In this document: positions 1-9,734 of the stretch, in pieces
Layout of the letters: every line of letters begins with the position of its first letter
Position numbering within the stretch: the first letter of the stretch is position 1
Assembly (NCBI GenBank): GCA_963741945.1
Contig: CAVUKA010000006.1
Location: 64,001-128,000 of the forward strand
DNA from: an uncultured Gemmatimonadales bacterium
Lineage (GTDB): Bacteria > Gemmatimonadota > Gemmatimonadetes > Longimicrobiales > RSA9
Length of the DNA: 64,000 bases
Direction: 5' to 3'
The notes under the pieces: model-generated
What the model was told of the DNA's origin: nothing
Databases searched by the model: none
Seen by the model: the letters and a program-made list of their open reading frames with translations, nothing else
Program-made: the position numbers and the translations under genes

Positions 1-979
1 GCGAGTAGTAGAACGGACGCGTGTCCACGCCGTTCATCCAGCGCCATGTGCGGCCGCCGTCCCCGGAGCGGTAGAGACCCGTGCCCTTCAGCCCGGACAC
101 GGCCGCGTCGTCTTCGCTCATCCCGTTCGTGTCACCCGCCTTCGCTTCCACCAGCGCGTACATCACGTCCGGGTTGCTGGCGGCGAGGCTGATCCCGATG
201 CGCCCCTTCTCCGTGCTCGGGAACCCGCCGCCGCTCACCTGCGACCAGTGCTCACCCCCATCGGTGGACTTCCACAGGCCGCTGCCCGGGCCGCCGCCGT
301 TCAGGAACCACGGGCCGCGGACTCGCTCCCAGCTCGAGGCCCAGAGGACGTCCGGATTCCGCGGGTCCAGCGCCAGGTCCACGAATCCCGCCCGGTCGCT
401 GATGAACTTCACCTGGCGCCACGTCTTCCCGCCATCCGTGGTCTTGTAGACGCCGCGCTCGGCGTTGGCGCCCCAGATGTGGCCGAGCGCGGCCACCCAC
501 GCCGTGTTCGGGTCCTCGGGGTGGACCACGATCCGCCCGATCGCCTGCGTCTCCTTCAGCCCCGCGAACGTCCACGTCTCACCGGCGTCACGGGAAACGT
601 AGACCCCGCCGCCCGGTGAGATGGAGTTGCGCGAGTCCTCCTCACCCGTGCCCGCGTACAGCACGTTCGGATCGCTCGGCGCGATCGCCAGATCGCCCAT
701 GGACACCACGCGCTCTCCGCCGAACAGGGGCGTGAACGTCGTGCCGTTGTTGATGGTCTTCCAGATGCCGCCCGCCACCGAAACCACGTAGAACGTGGGT
801 GTGCCGGGCACCCCCTCCACGTCCGTGACCCGGCCCGACATGTTGGTGGGACCGACGTTGCGCCACTGGAGCCCGGCGAAGAAGGCCGAGTCCGGGCCCT
901 GGGCGCCCAGCGGGAGGGGGGCCACGAGCGCCGCAAATACGAGGCTGGCGGCCGTGGTCAGGGGAACACGCGTTCGCAT
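1..979 (-). CDS. Secreted VPS10/sortilin-like BNR-repeat beta-propeller protein (glycosyl hydrolase-like), runs off window start
   Basis: Manual translation from ATG 979: signal peptide MRTRVPLTTAASLVFAALVAPLPLGAQ, then LQWRNVGPTNMSGRVTDV and repeated Asp-box motifs (SRDAGETW, TTDGGKTW, STDGGEHW, SGDGGRTW). Confidence 0.85.
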   Translation of the reverse strand, partial: MRTRVPLTTAASLVFAALVAPLPLGAQGPDSAFFAGLQWRNVGPTNMSGRVTDVEGVPGTPTFYVVSVAGGIWKTINNGTTFTPLFGGERVVSMGDLAIAPSDPNVLYAGTGEEDSRNSISPGGGVYVSRDAGETWTFAGLKETQAIGRIVVHPEDPNTAWVAALGHIWGANAERGVYKTTDGGKTWRQVKFISDRAGFVDLALDPRNPDVLWASSWERVRGPWFLNGGGPGSGLWKSTDGGEHWSQVSGGGFPSTEKGRIGISLAASNPDVMYALVEAKAGDTNGMSEDDAAVSGLKGTGLYRSGDGGRTWRWMNGVDTRPFYYS

Positions 980-1137
980 CGTCGCTGCTCCGGGTTCTCT
1001 GATGGAGTGGTGAGCGTCTGGCGCCTGAAGGCAGGGGCGGCCTGTGGGATGACGTCCGGGCGAGCGAAAACGTTGGGGAGGGCCAGCGCCGCCGCACGCT
1101 GGCGACGGCGAGTGCGCTCACGCCGCCGCGGACCTGC

Positions 1138-2814
1138 CTACCACCGATCCAGCTCCTTCTCCAGCCGCTCCCCGACCGCGTCCGTGGCCAGCAGGATCAG
1201 CCGGTCTCCCGGCTCCAGGAGGGTTTCCCCGCGCGGCGGCCGCATCCGCTCACCGCGCAGGAGCCCGATGAGCTCCGCCTCACTTCCCACCTCGCCCATG
1301 GCGTCGGCCACGGTCCGGCCCGCGAGAGAGCTGTCTTCACGGACGACGCCGACGGTCATGTGGCGTCCCCCCGGCAGGGTCACCGGGATCCCGGAGCGGA
1401 GCAGGGAGAGGAGATTGAGCGATCCGACTTCCTCGGGGTTGAGCAGTCCCCGCCGCTCCATGAGTCGCAACGCGATGTTCAGGTGCTCGGTGTGCAGCGC
1501 CGGCGAATCCGCTCGCGTGGCCACCTGCGCCTCGTAAAGGCTGGGATACGGCACGCGGCTGGACAGCCAGAAGTGGATCAGGTAACTGATGAAAACGGCC
1601 AGGGCCGCCGGCACCAGGAGCGTGTACCCGCCCGTCATCTCCGTCACCATCATGAGCGTGGCGAGCGGCACGTTGGCGGCGCCCGAGAACAGCGCGGCCA
1701 TTCCGACAACGGCCATCGGTCCGGGCGGCTGGTGGAATACGTCCGCCAGCAATGCCCCGAGCATCGCCCCCGCGAAGAGCGTGGGGGCGAACACGCCGCC
1801 CGAGCCGCCGGACGAGACGGACAGCGCCATGGCCACCATCTTCGCGAACACCAGGACCGCCAGGGTGCCCATGACCAGCTGACCATCAATGGCTTTCTGC
1901 ACCCACCCGTACCCGCCGCCCAGGATCTCCGGATAGAGGAGCGCCATGAGTCCCAGGAGCAGGCCGCCGATTCCAGGCTTCAGCCAGACCGGAACGGGCA
2001 GGCGCCGGAAGCCGTCACGGGCGCCGTAGAAGATCACGGGCACCAGTGTGGCCATGAGGCCACAGGCGACTCCCAGGACGATGTACCAGCCATAATCGTA
2101 CACGTGGGGGAGTCCCGTGTAGGCGGGGAAGTGGAACAGCGGCTGCCAGCCGGTGAACAGACCGTTCACCGCGTACGCCACGATGGACGCCAGCATGGTG
2201 TAGATCAGCGCCCCGAACTCGAACTCCATCTCGCTGTAGAGCACCTCGATGGCGAACAGCGCCGTGCCCACCGGGGAGCGGAAGATGGCCGACAGGCCGG
2301 CTGCCATGCCCACGGTCAGGAGCAGGCGACGCTCCTCGTCGTCCCGCTTCGTGATGTCGGCATACCAGGAGCCGACACCGGCGGCGATGAGGGCGATCGG
2401 CCCCTCCCGCCCTGCCGCGCCGCCGGAGCCGATGGTGATGGCGGACGCCACGGCTTTCACGGGCGCCACGCGGCCACGCAGGAACCCGTTCTCGCGATGG
2501 AACGCCTTCACCGCGGTGTCCGTCCCGTGCCCCTCCGCCTCCGGCGCCAGCCACGTGATCAGGACACCCACCAGCAGCCCGCCCAGTGTGGTGGAGACCG
2601 GGATGAGCCAGAGCCCGTGGGGCCCTGTCACCTGCTGCAGGATCCCACCCTCGCCGGGGAGCCCCGGCGGCGTGTAGCCGCCGATCCGGCCCAGGAACAG
2701 GTCGCTGGCCCATCGCAGCAGGAAGGTGAACACCTGGGCCGCGGCCGCCCCGGCAAGCCCGAGAAGCAGGCTGTCGAGAATCAGTCGTCGCTGGCGCTGC
2801 CCTTTTTTTCCCAC
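1138..2814 (-). CDS. ClC family chloride channel/transporter with C-terminal TrkA-C (RCK_C)-like domain
   Basis: Motifs GHGTD, GSGGAAGREGP, GGSGGVFAP and SLY; C-terminal SSLAGRTVAD...LLEPGDRLILL. GTG start at 2814 chosen from an upstream GGAGAGG; start uncertain. Confidence 0.9.
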   Translation of the reverse strand: MGKKGQRQRRLILDSLLLGLAGAAAAQVFTFLLRWASDLFLGRIGGYTPPGLPGEGGILQQVTGPHGLWLIPVSTTLGGLLVGVLITWLAPEAEGHGTDTAVKAFHRENGFLRGRVAPVKAVASAITIGSGGAAGREGPIALIAAGVGSWYADITKRDDEERRLLLTVGMAAGLSAIFRSPVGTALFAIEVLYSEMEFEFGALIYTMLASIVAYAVNGLFTGWQPLFHFPAYTGLPHVYDYGWYIVLGVACGLMATLVPVIFYGARDGFRRLPVPVWLKPGIGGLLLGLMALLYPEILGGGYGWVQKAIDGQLVMGTLAVLVFAKMVAMALSVSSGGSGGVFAPTLFAGAMLGALLADVFHQPPGPMAVVGMAALFSGAANVPLATLMMVTEMTGGYTLLVPAALAVFISYLIHFWLSSRVPYPSLYEAQVATRADSPALHTEHLNIALRLMERRGLLNPEEVGSLNLLSLLRSGIPVTLPGGRHMTVGVVREDSSLAGRTVADAMGEVGSEAELIGLLRGERMRPPRGETLLEPGDRLILLATDAVGERLEKELDRW

Positions 2815-3002
2815 TCGAGTTCCGAGCCCTCTCCATCGTCCGCTTCCGCCGGGCGCCACGCGAGCCGCCCCCGCTTCCAGCATGACCCATTCATTGTGAT
2901 GGAGCCCGGCACGGCCCGCCACTGCCAGCTTCGTACCGCCCGCGCAGGGGCGTTCGGGCCCCCGGTTGTACGCGCGGCGGCTCGGCGCCATCTTCAGCGC
3001 CG

Positions 3003-4841
3003 ATGAAACGAGATCGGCTTCGCCGCCGCTGGCGCCGCGCGCTGCTTCGCCTGGCCGCTGCATGGCAGCGCTTCGTGGAATGGTTCAATGGGCTCAACCT
3101 CGCCGAGGACAACATCCTCCTCGTCTTCGGCGTGGCCGTGGGCGTGGTCGGGGCGCTCGGCGTCATCGTCTTCTTCCACCTCATCGACCTGGCCTTCGAG
3201 TTCTTCTACCGCTGGCTGCCATCCGAGCTGCCGCACCCGGACGTTCCGTTCTATCGACCGTTCCTCACCGCCCTCGGCTTCGCCGCAGCCACGTGGGTGG
3301 TCCAGCGCGCCACACGATCCACGGACAAGCGACCGAAGTCCGTTCAGCTCATCCCGCTCGTTCAGGTGGCCGTGGCCCGCAACGACGGCAACCTGCCGTT
3401 CAAGAGCACCGTCGCCCGCATCGTGGCCGCCATCTTCACACTGGGCAGCGGCGGCACGGCCGGGAGCGAAGGACCGCTGGGCGTGGTGGGTGCCACCGCC
3501 GGCTCCTATCTCGGCCGCGCCTTCCGCTTCGATGCCAGCCGCGTCAAGGTGCTCGTCGCGGCCGGCGCCGGCGCCGGCATCTCGGCAGCGTTCAACACGC
3601 CCCTCGGTGGGGCGTTTTTCGCGTTGGAAGAGATCCTGGGTGGGTTCGCCGTGGGCACGTTCGCGCCCGTGGTGGTGGCCAGCGTGGTGGCCGCCGTCAT
3701 CTCCCGTGCGGTCTTCGGGGACCACCCGGCCATCGTCATCCCCATGGAGTACGGCTACCACGCCGTCCAGGAAGTGGTCTTCTTCTATCCCGTCCTCGGC
3801 ATCCTGGCCGGGCTGACGGTGGTCCTGTTCGTCAAGGTCTTCTTCGCGGTCGAGGACATCCGTGAACGGATCCGGATCCCGCCCGCGGCCATCCCGTGGG
3901 TGGGCGGATTCATTGTCGGCCTGCTGGTCCTGGCGTCCCGTGGCATGCTCACCGGCTATGGCCACCTCGCCGTGCGGCTCGACACCATGGTCCACCTCAG
4001 CGCGGGCGCGCTGCTCCTGCTCTGCTTCGGCCAGATCCTCGGCAACTCCCTGACCCTGAACACCGGCGGCTCGGGCGGTGTGTTCGCGCCATCACTGTTC
4101 GTGGGTGCCACGCTCGGCGCGTCCTACGGTGTGGCGCTGAAGGGTCTGTTCCCGGGGATGCCCCTCCAGCCCGAAGCGTACGCGCTGGTGGGGATGGGGA
4201 GCGTGTTCGCAGCCGCCACGGACGCCCCTCTCGCCGCCGTGCTCATGGTCTTCGAAATGACCAACGACTACGCCATCGTCCTCCCCCTCATGCTGGCCGT
4301 GGTACTCAGCTACAATGTCGCGAAGCGGCTGGAGCCGGACTCGCTCTACAGTGGATGGCTCCGGCGCCGGGGCGAGAGCCTGGAGCACGGCGTCGCCCGC
4401 GACGTGCTGGCCAACCTCACCGTGCAGAGCGCCATGGAGGAGAACCCCCAGGTCATCGGGGAAGGTGCGTCCGTCAGCCAGATGATGGAGCACCTCGGCC
4501 GGGGTGAGCAGACCGACTATCCGGTGGTGGACGGGCAGCTCCGGGTCAGCGGACTCCTCCGGATCGGCGAGATCGGCCGCGTGGCTCGCGACCAGGCCGC
4601 CCTCGGCCCCCTCCTCCTCGCCTCCGACATTGCCGACCCCGTGGAGACCGTAGAGCCGGGCGACACCCTCCTCGCCGCCATCCGGCGCATGGGGACTCGC
4701 GGCACCGGGATGCTCCCCGTGGTCGATCCGCAGAGCGGCCGCCTGGTGGGCGTCGTCACGCGCGCCGCGATCCTCGCGCTCTACGAGAAGCAGGTGGCGG
4801 AGGAAGCCGCCGAAGGGCGCCCCTCGGACCCGCTCGCCTGA
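3003..4841 (+). CDS. ClC family Cl-/H+ transporter-like protein with C-terminal CBS pair
   Basis: GSGGTAGSEGP, FNTPLGGAFFALEEI, GGSGGVFAP, SLY; two CBS-like repeats (YPVVD, LPVVD...LVGVVTR). Confidence 0.9.
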   Translation: MKRDRLRRRWRRALLRLAAAWQRFVEWFNGLNLAEDNILLVFGVAVGVVGALGVIVFFHLIDLAFEFFYRWLPSELPHPDVPFYRPFLTALGFAAATWVVQRATRSTDKRPKSVQLIPLVQVAVARNDGNLPFKSTVARIVAAIFTLGSGGTAGSEGPLGVVGATAGSYLGRAFRFDASRVKVLVAAGAGAGISAAFNTPLGGAFFALEEILGGFAVGTFAPVVVASVVAAVISRAVFGDHPAIVIPMEYGYHAVQEVVFFYPVLGILAGLTVVLFVKVFFAVEDIRERIRIPPAAIPWVGGFIVGLLVLASRGMLTGYGHLAVRLDTMVHLSAGALLLLCFGQILGNSLTLNTGGSGGVFAPSLFVGATLGASYGVALKGLFPGMPLQPEAYALVGMGSVFAAATDAPLAAVLMVFEMTNDYAIVLPLMLAVVLSYNVAKRLEPDSLYSGWLRRRGESLEHGVARDVLANLTVQSAMEENPQVIGEGASVSQMMEHLGRGEQTDYPVVDGQLRVSGLLRIGEIGRVARDQAALGPLLLASDIADPVETVEPGDTLLAAIRRMGTRGTGMLPVVDPQSGRLVGVVTRAAILALYEKQVAEEAAEGRPSDPLA

Positions 4842-4882
4842 CCCACCCCACCGCTCCGCCTACCCGGCTCTCCGGCTACCCG

Positions 4883-5798
4883 TCAACGCTCCCCGGTCGC
4901 CGGTTCCCGCGCCACCTCCTCCCGAACCCGCACCGCGTCCTCGTCCGGCTCGATCCCGTGGCCCCGTCGCCGGGCGTAGACCTGGGTGAACTCGGCACCC
5001 AGGAGGAAGATCATGGCCGAGTAGTAGACCCAGAGCAGGAGGATGGCGAGGGAGCCGGCGGCGCCGTACGCTCCACCCGGCCGGGTTCGGCCGATGTAGA
5101 AGGAGATGAGGAAGCGTCCGACCACGAAGAGGAGCGTGGCGACGAGCGCCCCGTGCCACACGTCGCCCCAGCGAACTCGGGCGTCCGGCAGCACCTTGTA
5201 GACGGCCATGAACGCGACGGTGATCACGGCCACCGACACGGCGAGATCCAGGACCCAGGCGGTGATGCTCCCGAAGGCCGCCGGCAGCACGGAGGTGGCC
5301 GCGCCGCCCGCGGCGCTCACGAGCGCGCCCAGGATCAGCGAGGCCAGGAGCAGGATCGCCACACCGACGATCATGGCGAACGAGAGGGCTCGCTGGAGCG
5401 CGAATCGGAGGAGTCCGCTCCTGCGGGGGTCCTTCTGGACCTCCCACGCCTCGTTCAGCGCCGCCTGGATCTGGGCGAAAGCGGTGGTGGCGCCGAAGAT
5501 CAGGCCCGCGACGCTCAGGCCGGTAGCCAGCACGCTGCCGCCGCCCGGCGCCTGCGCGTTCCGGATCATCGACCCGACCGCCCGCCCCCCGGACTCCCCC
5601 AGGAACATGCCGATCTGCTGCACGAGCTGTCCCTGCACCTGCTGCTCGCTCATGAACATGCCGGCGACCGTGGTCACGATGATCACCAGCGGAGGGAGGG
5701 AAAAGACGGTGTAGTACGACAGCGCGGCCGCCATCCGTGGGCGCGTCATCGTCCAGGAATTCGTGGACGGTTTCCTTGACGAGGTCGAATGTGCTCAT
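4883..5798 (-). pseudogene. YihY/BrkB family membrane protein with a +1 frameshift near codon 20 (pseudogene or sequencing error)
   Basis: MSTFDLVKETVHEFLDDDAP (from 5798) is in a different frame from RMAAALSYYTVFSLP...YGAAGSLAILLLWVYYS. Removing one G at 5739-5741 joins them and matches the intact paralog's DDCPRMAAAVSYY. Confidence 0.8.
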
Positions 5799-5886
5799 GC
5801 CGTCCCGCAGACGCTCGGAGTCACGATGGAGGTGGCTGCGAGACGCTGCCGGGATGCAGAAACGGGGCCGCGGCCCCGCACGCGCC

Positions 5887-6371
5887 CTACGAGTCCTTGA
5901 GCCTGCGGAACACTTCTGCGAAGCTCTCCACGTCCTCCTGGCTGAACGCCTGCGCCACCGGCCTGTCGTTCACCTGCCAGATCTGGACTCGAGCTTTCGA
6001 TCCGGGTCGGTGAAGACGAACTGCATCCGGCCATCCGCCCAGCGGATGTCCTCGATCTCCGCTACGGCGTACCGCGCCCGGAACTTCACCGCCTTCCCCA
6101 CCGTGCCCCGGAGCAGCCCCCCGACGAACCCGGGCGCCTCTCCTGTTCGGGCGGAGGAGTCCACGTCGGCGAGCGCTGCCTGCGCGGCGCTGTCGGAAAG
6201 CGCAAAATAGACGAACTCTCCCGTGAGCCCGAGCTTCACGCCGCCATCCGTGCTCCGGATGGCGAACAGGTCGGGGCCGAGGTCGCGCCCGCCGAAATCG
6301 ACTGAAGGTCGGCCCCGATCCCCGCACGCCGCGAGCGGGACCAGAAGGAGCAGCGCAAGAGCGCGCATCAT
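5887..6371 (-). CDS. Hypothetical lipoprotein with probable frameshift near 5975-5990
   Basis: MMRALALLLLVPLAAC lipobox; the ATG overlaps the upstream yihY stop (ATGA). The frame stops at 5970, but a protein-like tail QVNDRPVAQAFSQEDVESFAEVFRRLKDS continues in another frame to 5887. Confidence 0.6.
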
Positions 6372-7276
6372 GTTCCAATCTCCTGACGGATGACCCGCTT
6401 CTCCAGCACGGCCCGGACAGCGCCGTCCGACGGCTGGATCTCTTCGCCCCGTCGCCGCGCCAGCACCTGTGTGACTTCGGCGCCGAGGAAGAAGATCATG
6501 CAGGAGTAGTAGATCCAGATCAGGATCAGCGCCAGGGACCCGGCCGCCCCGTACGCCGACCCGGCGTCGCTGTGCGCCAGGTAAAGGCCGAGGAGCACGT
6601 TCCCCACCACGAACAGCCCGCCGGTGATCGTGGCGCCGCGCCACGCATCGCGCCACCGCACCCGGGCGTCCGGCAGCACCTGGAAGAGGATGCCGAAGAG
6701 CACGGTGGCGGCGATGAGCGAGAGGCCGGCGTTCACCAGTCCGAGCGTCGGCGAAGACACGAGCGGGGGGAGCGTCCGGGTCACGAACCGTCCCACTGCG
6801 GAGATGGCGGTCTGCGACACCAGCGAGACCAGAAGGAGCGCGGTGACGCCCAGGATCATGACGAACGAGAGCACTCGCTTGACCAGGAAGTTCCGGACCA
6901 TGCCGCCCCGCTCCGGGTCGGGCTCGACCTGCCAGATCCGGTTCAGCGCGCTCTGCAGATTCGCGAATCCCGTGGTGGCGGCGAACAGGAGCGCGATCAT
7001 GCCCAGTCCGGTGAGCGCCGGATTCGACATGCGCGGCAGGTGTGCGTTTTCGAGGATGGCGCCCACCTGTGTGGCCGCGCGGCTCCCGACCAGCAGCCGG
7101 ATCTGTTCCAGGATCAGCTGTGAGAGACGCTCCGGTGCCACGAACAGCCCGGCCACGAACGTGATCAGCACCAGCAGGCCCGGGAGCGAGAACACGGTGT
7201 AATAGGAAACTGCCGCCGCCATGCGCGGGCAGTCGTCGCCGATGAAGTCGTCGAGCGTCGCTCTCAGGGTACCCAT
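6368..7276 (-). CDS. YihY/BrkB family membrane protein
   Basis: RMAAAVSYYTVFSLP, ALNRIWQV, SAYGAAGSLALILIWIYYS...GAE motifs; multiple TM segments. Confidence 0.9.
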   Translation of the reverse strand: MGTLRATLDDFIGDDCPRMAAAVSYYTVFSLPGLLVLITFVAGLFVAPERLSQLILEQIRLLVGSRAATQVGAILENAHLPRMSNPALTGLGMIALLFAATTGFANLQSALNRIWQVEPDPERGGMVRNFLVKRVLSFVMILGVTALLLVSLVSQTAISAVGRFVTRTLPPLVSSPTLGLVNAGLSLIAATVLFGILFQVLPDARVRWRDAWRGATITGGLFVVGNVLLGLYLAHSDAGSAYGAAGSLALILIWIYYSCMIFFLGAEVTQVLARRRGEEIQPSDGAVRAVLEKRVIRQEIGT

Positions 7277-7357
7277 TCGCCGAGCCCCGCATCACGCAAG
7301 CCGGGGGCCGCCCCCGGTCCGCGTTGTGGCGCACGGCGGTCGTTTCGATATTCCGGC

Positions 7358-8479
7358 ATGGCGAGACGATCTGGGGCGGCGGACCTGCCGCTGCACGGCG
7401 GGAAGGCACCGCGCTGGCTGTTCGACCGGATGCGGTCGCTGGCACCGGCGGTGGTGGAAGCCATCGTCGCCGAGTACGGTCCCGGCGAAGTGCTGCGGCG
7501 CCTGTCGGACCCGTGGTGGTTTCAGGCCTTCGGCTGCGTTCTCGGCTTCGACTGGCACTCCAGCGGCGTGACCACCACCGTGTGTGGCGCGCTGAAGGCG
7601 GGGCTGGCGGGGCGCGAGCAGGACACGGGCATATGGGTGGCGGGCGGGAAGGGCAGAGCCTCGCGGAACACGCCCGCGGAGCTCACGGCCATCGCCGAGC
7701 GGATCGGCCTGGACCGTGACCGGCTGGTCTACAACAGCCGCATGAGCGCGAAGGTGGACAGCGCGGCGGTGCAGGATGGCTTCGGGCTGTACCACCACTC
7801 CTTCTTCGTGACCTCCGCCGGCGAATGGGGCGTGGTACAGCAGGGAATGCGGGACCTGGACCGCTCGGCGCGCCGCTACCACTGGCTGGGTGAGCGCGTG
7901 ACGGACATGGTGCGCGAGCCTCACGCCGCCATCGCGAGTGAGAACGCAGGCCAGAACGTCCTCGATCTCACGGCCGCGGATTCCGACCGAGCCCGCACGG
8001 CGATTGCCGAGCTCGCCCGCGAGTCCCCGGACCGGGTGGCCCGGGAGCTGGACCGGCTCACCGTGCTGGAGATGCCGCGGGGGCATGCCGTGGACCTGCG
8101 TCGCGACGTGGATCCGAAACAGCTGCACAAGGTCCTCACCTCCACGTACGCCGCCGCACCCGCCACGTTCGAGCAGGTGCTGGGCGTGCGAGGGGTCGGG
8201 GCGAAGGGCGTGCGGGCGCTGGTGCTCCTGGCGGAGCTTCTCTACGGCTCGCCCGCCAGCACCCGCGACCCGGCCCGCTTCTCCTTTGCCCACGGTGGCA
8301 AGGACGGCCACCCCTACCCCGTCGATCGGGCCACCTACGACCACAGTATCGAGTTCCTTCGCACGGCCGTTGCAAGGGCGCGGGTGGGTCGCACCGACCG
8401 GGTGCACGCGTTGCAGCGCCTTTCGAGGCTGGACCAGGAGGCAGACTGGAAGACGGGAGCCGGATCAACAGGGCGGTAA
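7358..8479 (+). CDS. DUF763 domain-containing protein
   Basis: ADLPLHGGKAPRWLF, GFDWHSSGVTT, KVDSAAVQDG, DPARFSFAHGGKDGHPYPVD motifs. Confidence 0.9.
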   Translation: MARRSGAADLPLHGGKAPRWLFDRMRSLAPAVVEAIVAEYGPGEVLRRLSDPWWFQAFGCVLGFDWHSSGVTTTVCGALKAGLAGREQDTGIWVAGGKGRASRNTPAELTAIAERIGLDRDRLVYNSRMSAKVDSAAVQDGFGLYHHSFFVTSAGEWGVVQQGMRDLDRSARRYHWLGERVTDMVREPHAAIASENAGQNVLDLTAADSDRARTAIAELARESPDRVARELDRLTVLEMPRGHAVDLRRDVDPKQLHKVLTSTYAAAPATFEQVLGVRGVGAKGVRALVLLAELLYGSPASTRDPARFSFAHGGKDGHPYPVDRATYDHSIEFLRTAVARARVGRTDRVHALQRLSRLDQEADWKTGAGSTGR

Positions 8480-8499
8480 TCGCCCTCGGGTTCGCCCGC

Positions 8500-9699
8500 A
8501 TGGCGGACGCCGTAGCCAATTCCTTCCTGGTGGTCGTGCTCCCGCTCTACATCGCGAGCTCCCACGTCACCGGGACCTCGCTCGGGCTGAGCGAGTCGGC
8601 CGTCACCGGCGTCATCCTCGCCGCCTTCGGCATCTTCAACGCCCTCATGCAGCCGTTCGCCGGCCGCATGTCGGATCGCGCGGGGAAGCGCAAGGCGTTC
8701 GTCCTGGCCGGACTCCTGGCGCTCGCCGCTCTCAACGCGCTCTACGGCTTCGCCCACAGCTACCTGGGCCTCCTCGCCGTCCGCACGGGGCAGGGGCTCT
8801 CCGCCGCCTTCACCATCACGGCCACCGTCGCACTGGTCAACGAGATCAGCACGCGCGGCAACCGCGGCGGCAACATGGGGATGTACAACTCGCTCCGCCT
8901 CGTCGGCTTCGGCGTCGGCCCGCTCGCCGCCGGGTTCGTCGTATCCAGCGGGCCGTACCACATCCTCGGTCTTCGTCTCACCGGCTTCAATGGCGCGTTC
9001 GCCATTGCCACGGTCGGCGCGCTCGTCGGGGCGCTCCTGGTCCTCCTCCTGGTGCGCGATCCCGAGCGGACCCACCCCGAACCTCGCCGGGTGAAGATCG
9101 CGATCCGGTCGCGCGACGCGGACCACCTGCTGGATCCGATCTTCACACTGGGGCTGGCGACGATGGTCATGGCCGGCTGCATCGCCGTTCTCGCTTCGAT
9201 CGAGCCCCACGTCAACGCGCACCTGGGCCAGGGACCGCGCTGGTTCGGCATCCAGTTCTCCGTCTTCATCCTCTCCCTCGCGGCGACGCAGCCGTTCATC
9301 GGTCGGCTCAGCGACCGCTGGGGGCGACGCCGGTTCATCATCGTCGGGCTCGTGCTGCTCGCCCCCACCACCCTGGCGCAGGGCCTGGTCGCCTCTTCCT
9401 GGGGCATGGTCGGCGCCCGCCTCGCCCAGGGGATCGCCGGCGCCATGGTGTTCGCCCCCGCCCTCGCCCTCGGTGGCGATCTGGCTACTCGCGGGCAGTC
9501 GGGCCTCCAGCTCTCCATTCTCACCATGTCCTTCGGCCTCGGCCTTTCCGCCGGCCAGCTGGCCGCGGGCTTTTTGGTGGGATTCGGCTACATTGTCCCG
9601 TTCGCCATCGGCGCTGGGCTGGCGGTCGCGGCCGCGATCCTCGTGCGCGCCGAAGTCGTGGATCCGCCGGCTGAAACCACCCCGGCCGCCGGAGCATAG
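8500..9699 (+). CDS. MFS transporter (true start probably upstream of 8500)
   Basis: Motif A twice (GRMSDRAGKRK, GRLSDRWGRRR); about 12 hydrophobic segments; in-frame upstream sequence reads RINRAVIALGFAR. Confidence 0.9.
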   Translation: MADAVANSFLVVVLPLYIASSHVTGTSLGLSESAVTGVILAAFGIFNALMQPFAGRMSDRAGKRKAFVLAGLLALAALNALYGFAHSYLGLLAVRTGQGLSAAFTITATVALVNEISTRGNRGGNMGMYNSLRLVGFGVGPLAAGFVVSSGPYHILGLRLTGFNGAFAIATVGALVGALLVLLLVRDPERTHPEPRRVKIAIRSRDADHLLDPIFTLGLATMVMAGCIAVLASIEPHVNAHLGQGPRWFGIQFSVFILSLAATQPFIGRLSDRWGRRRFIIVGLVLLAPTTLAQGLVASSWGMVGARLAQGIAGAMVFAPALALGGDLATRGQSGLQLSILTMSFGLGLSAGQLAAGFLVGFGYIVPFAIGAGLAVAAAILVRAEVVDPPAETTPAAGA

Positions 9700-9734
9700 T
9701 GAGAGACACCGGACCTCATAACGGAGATTGATCT

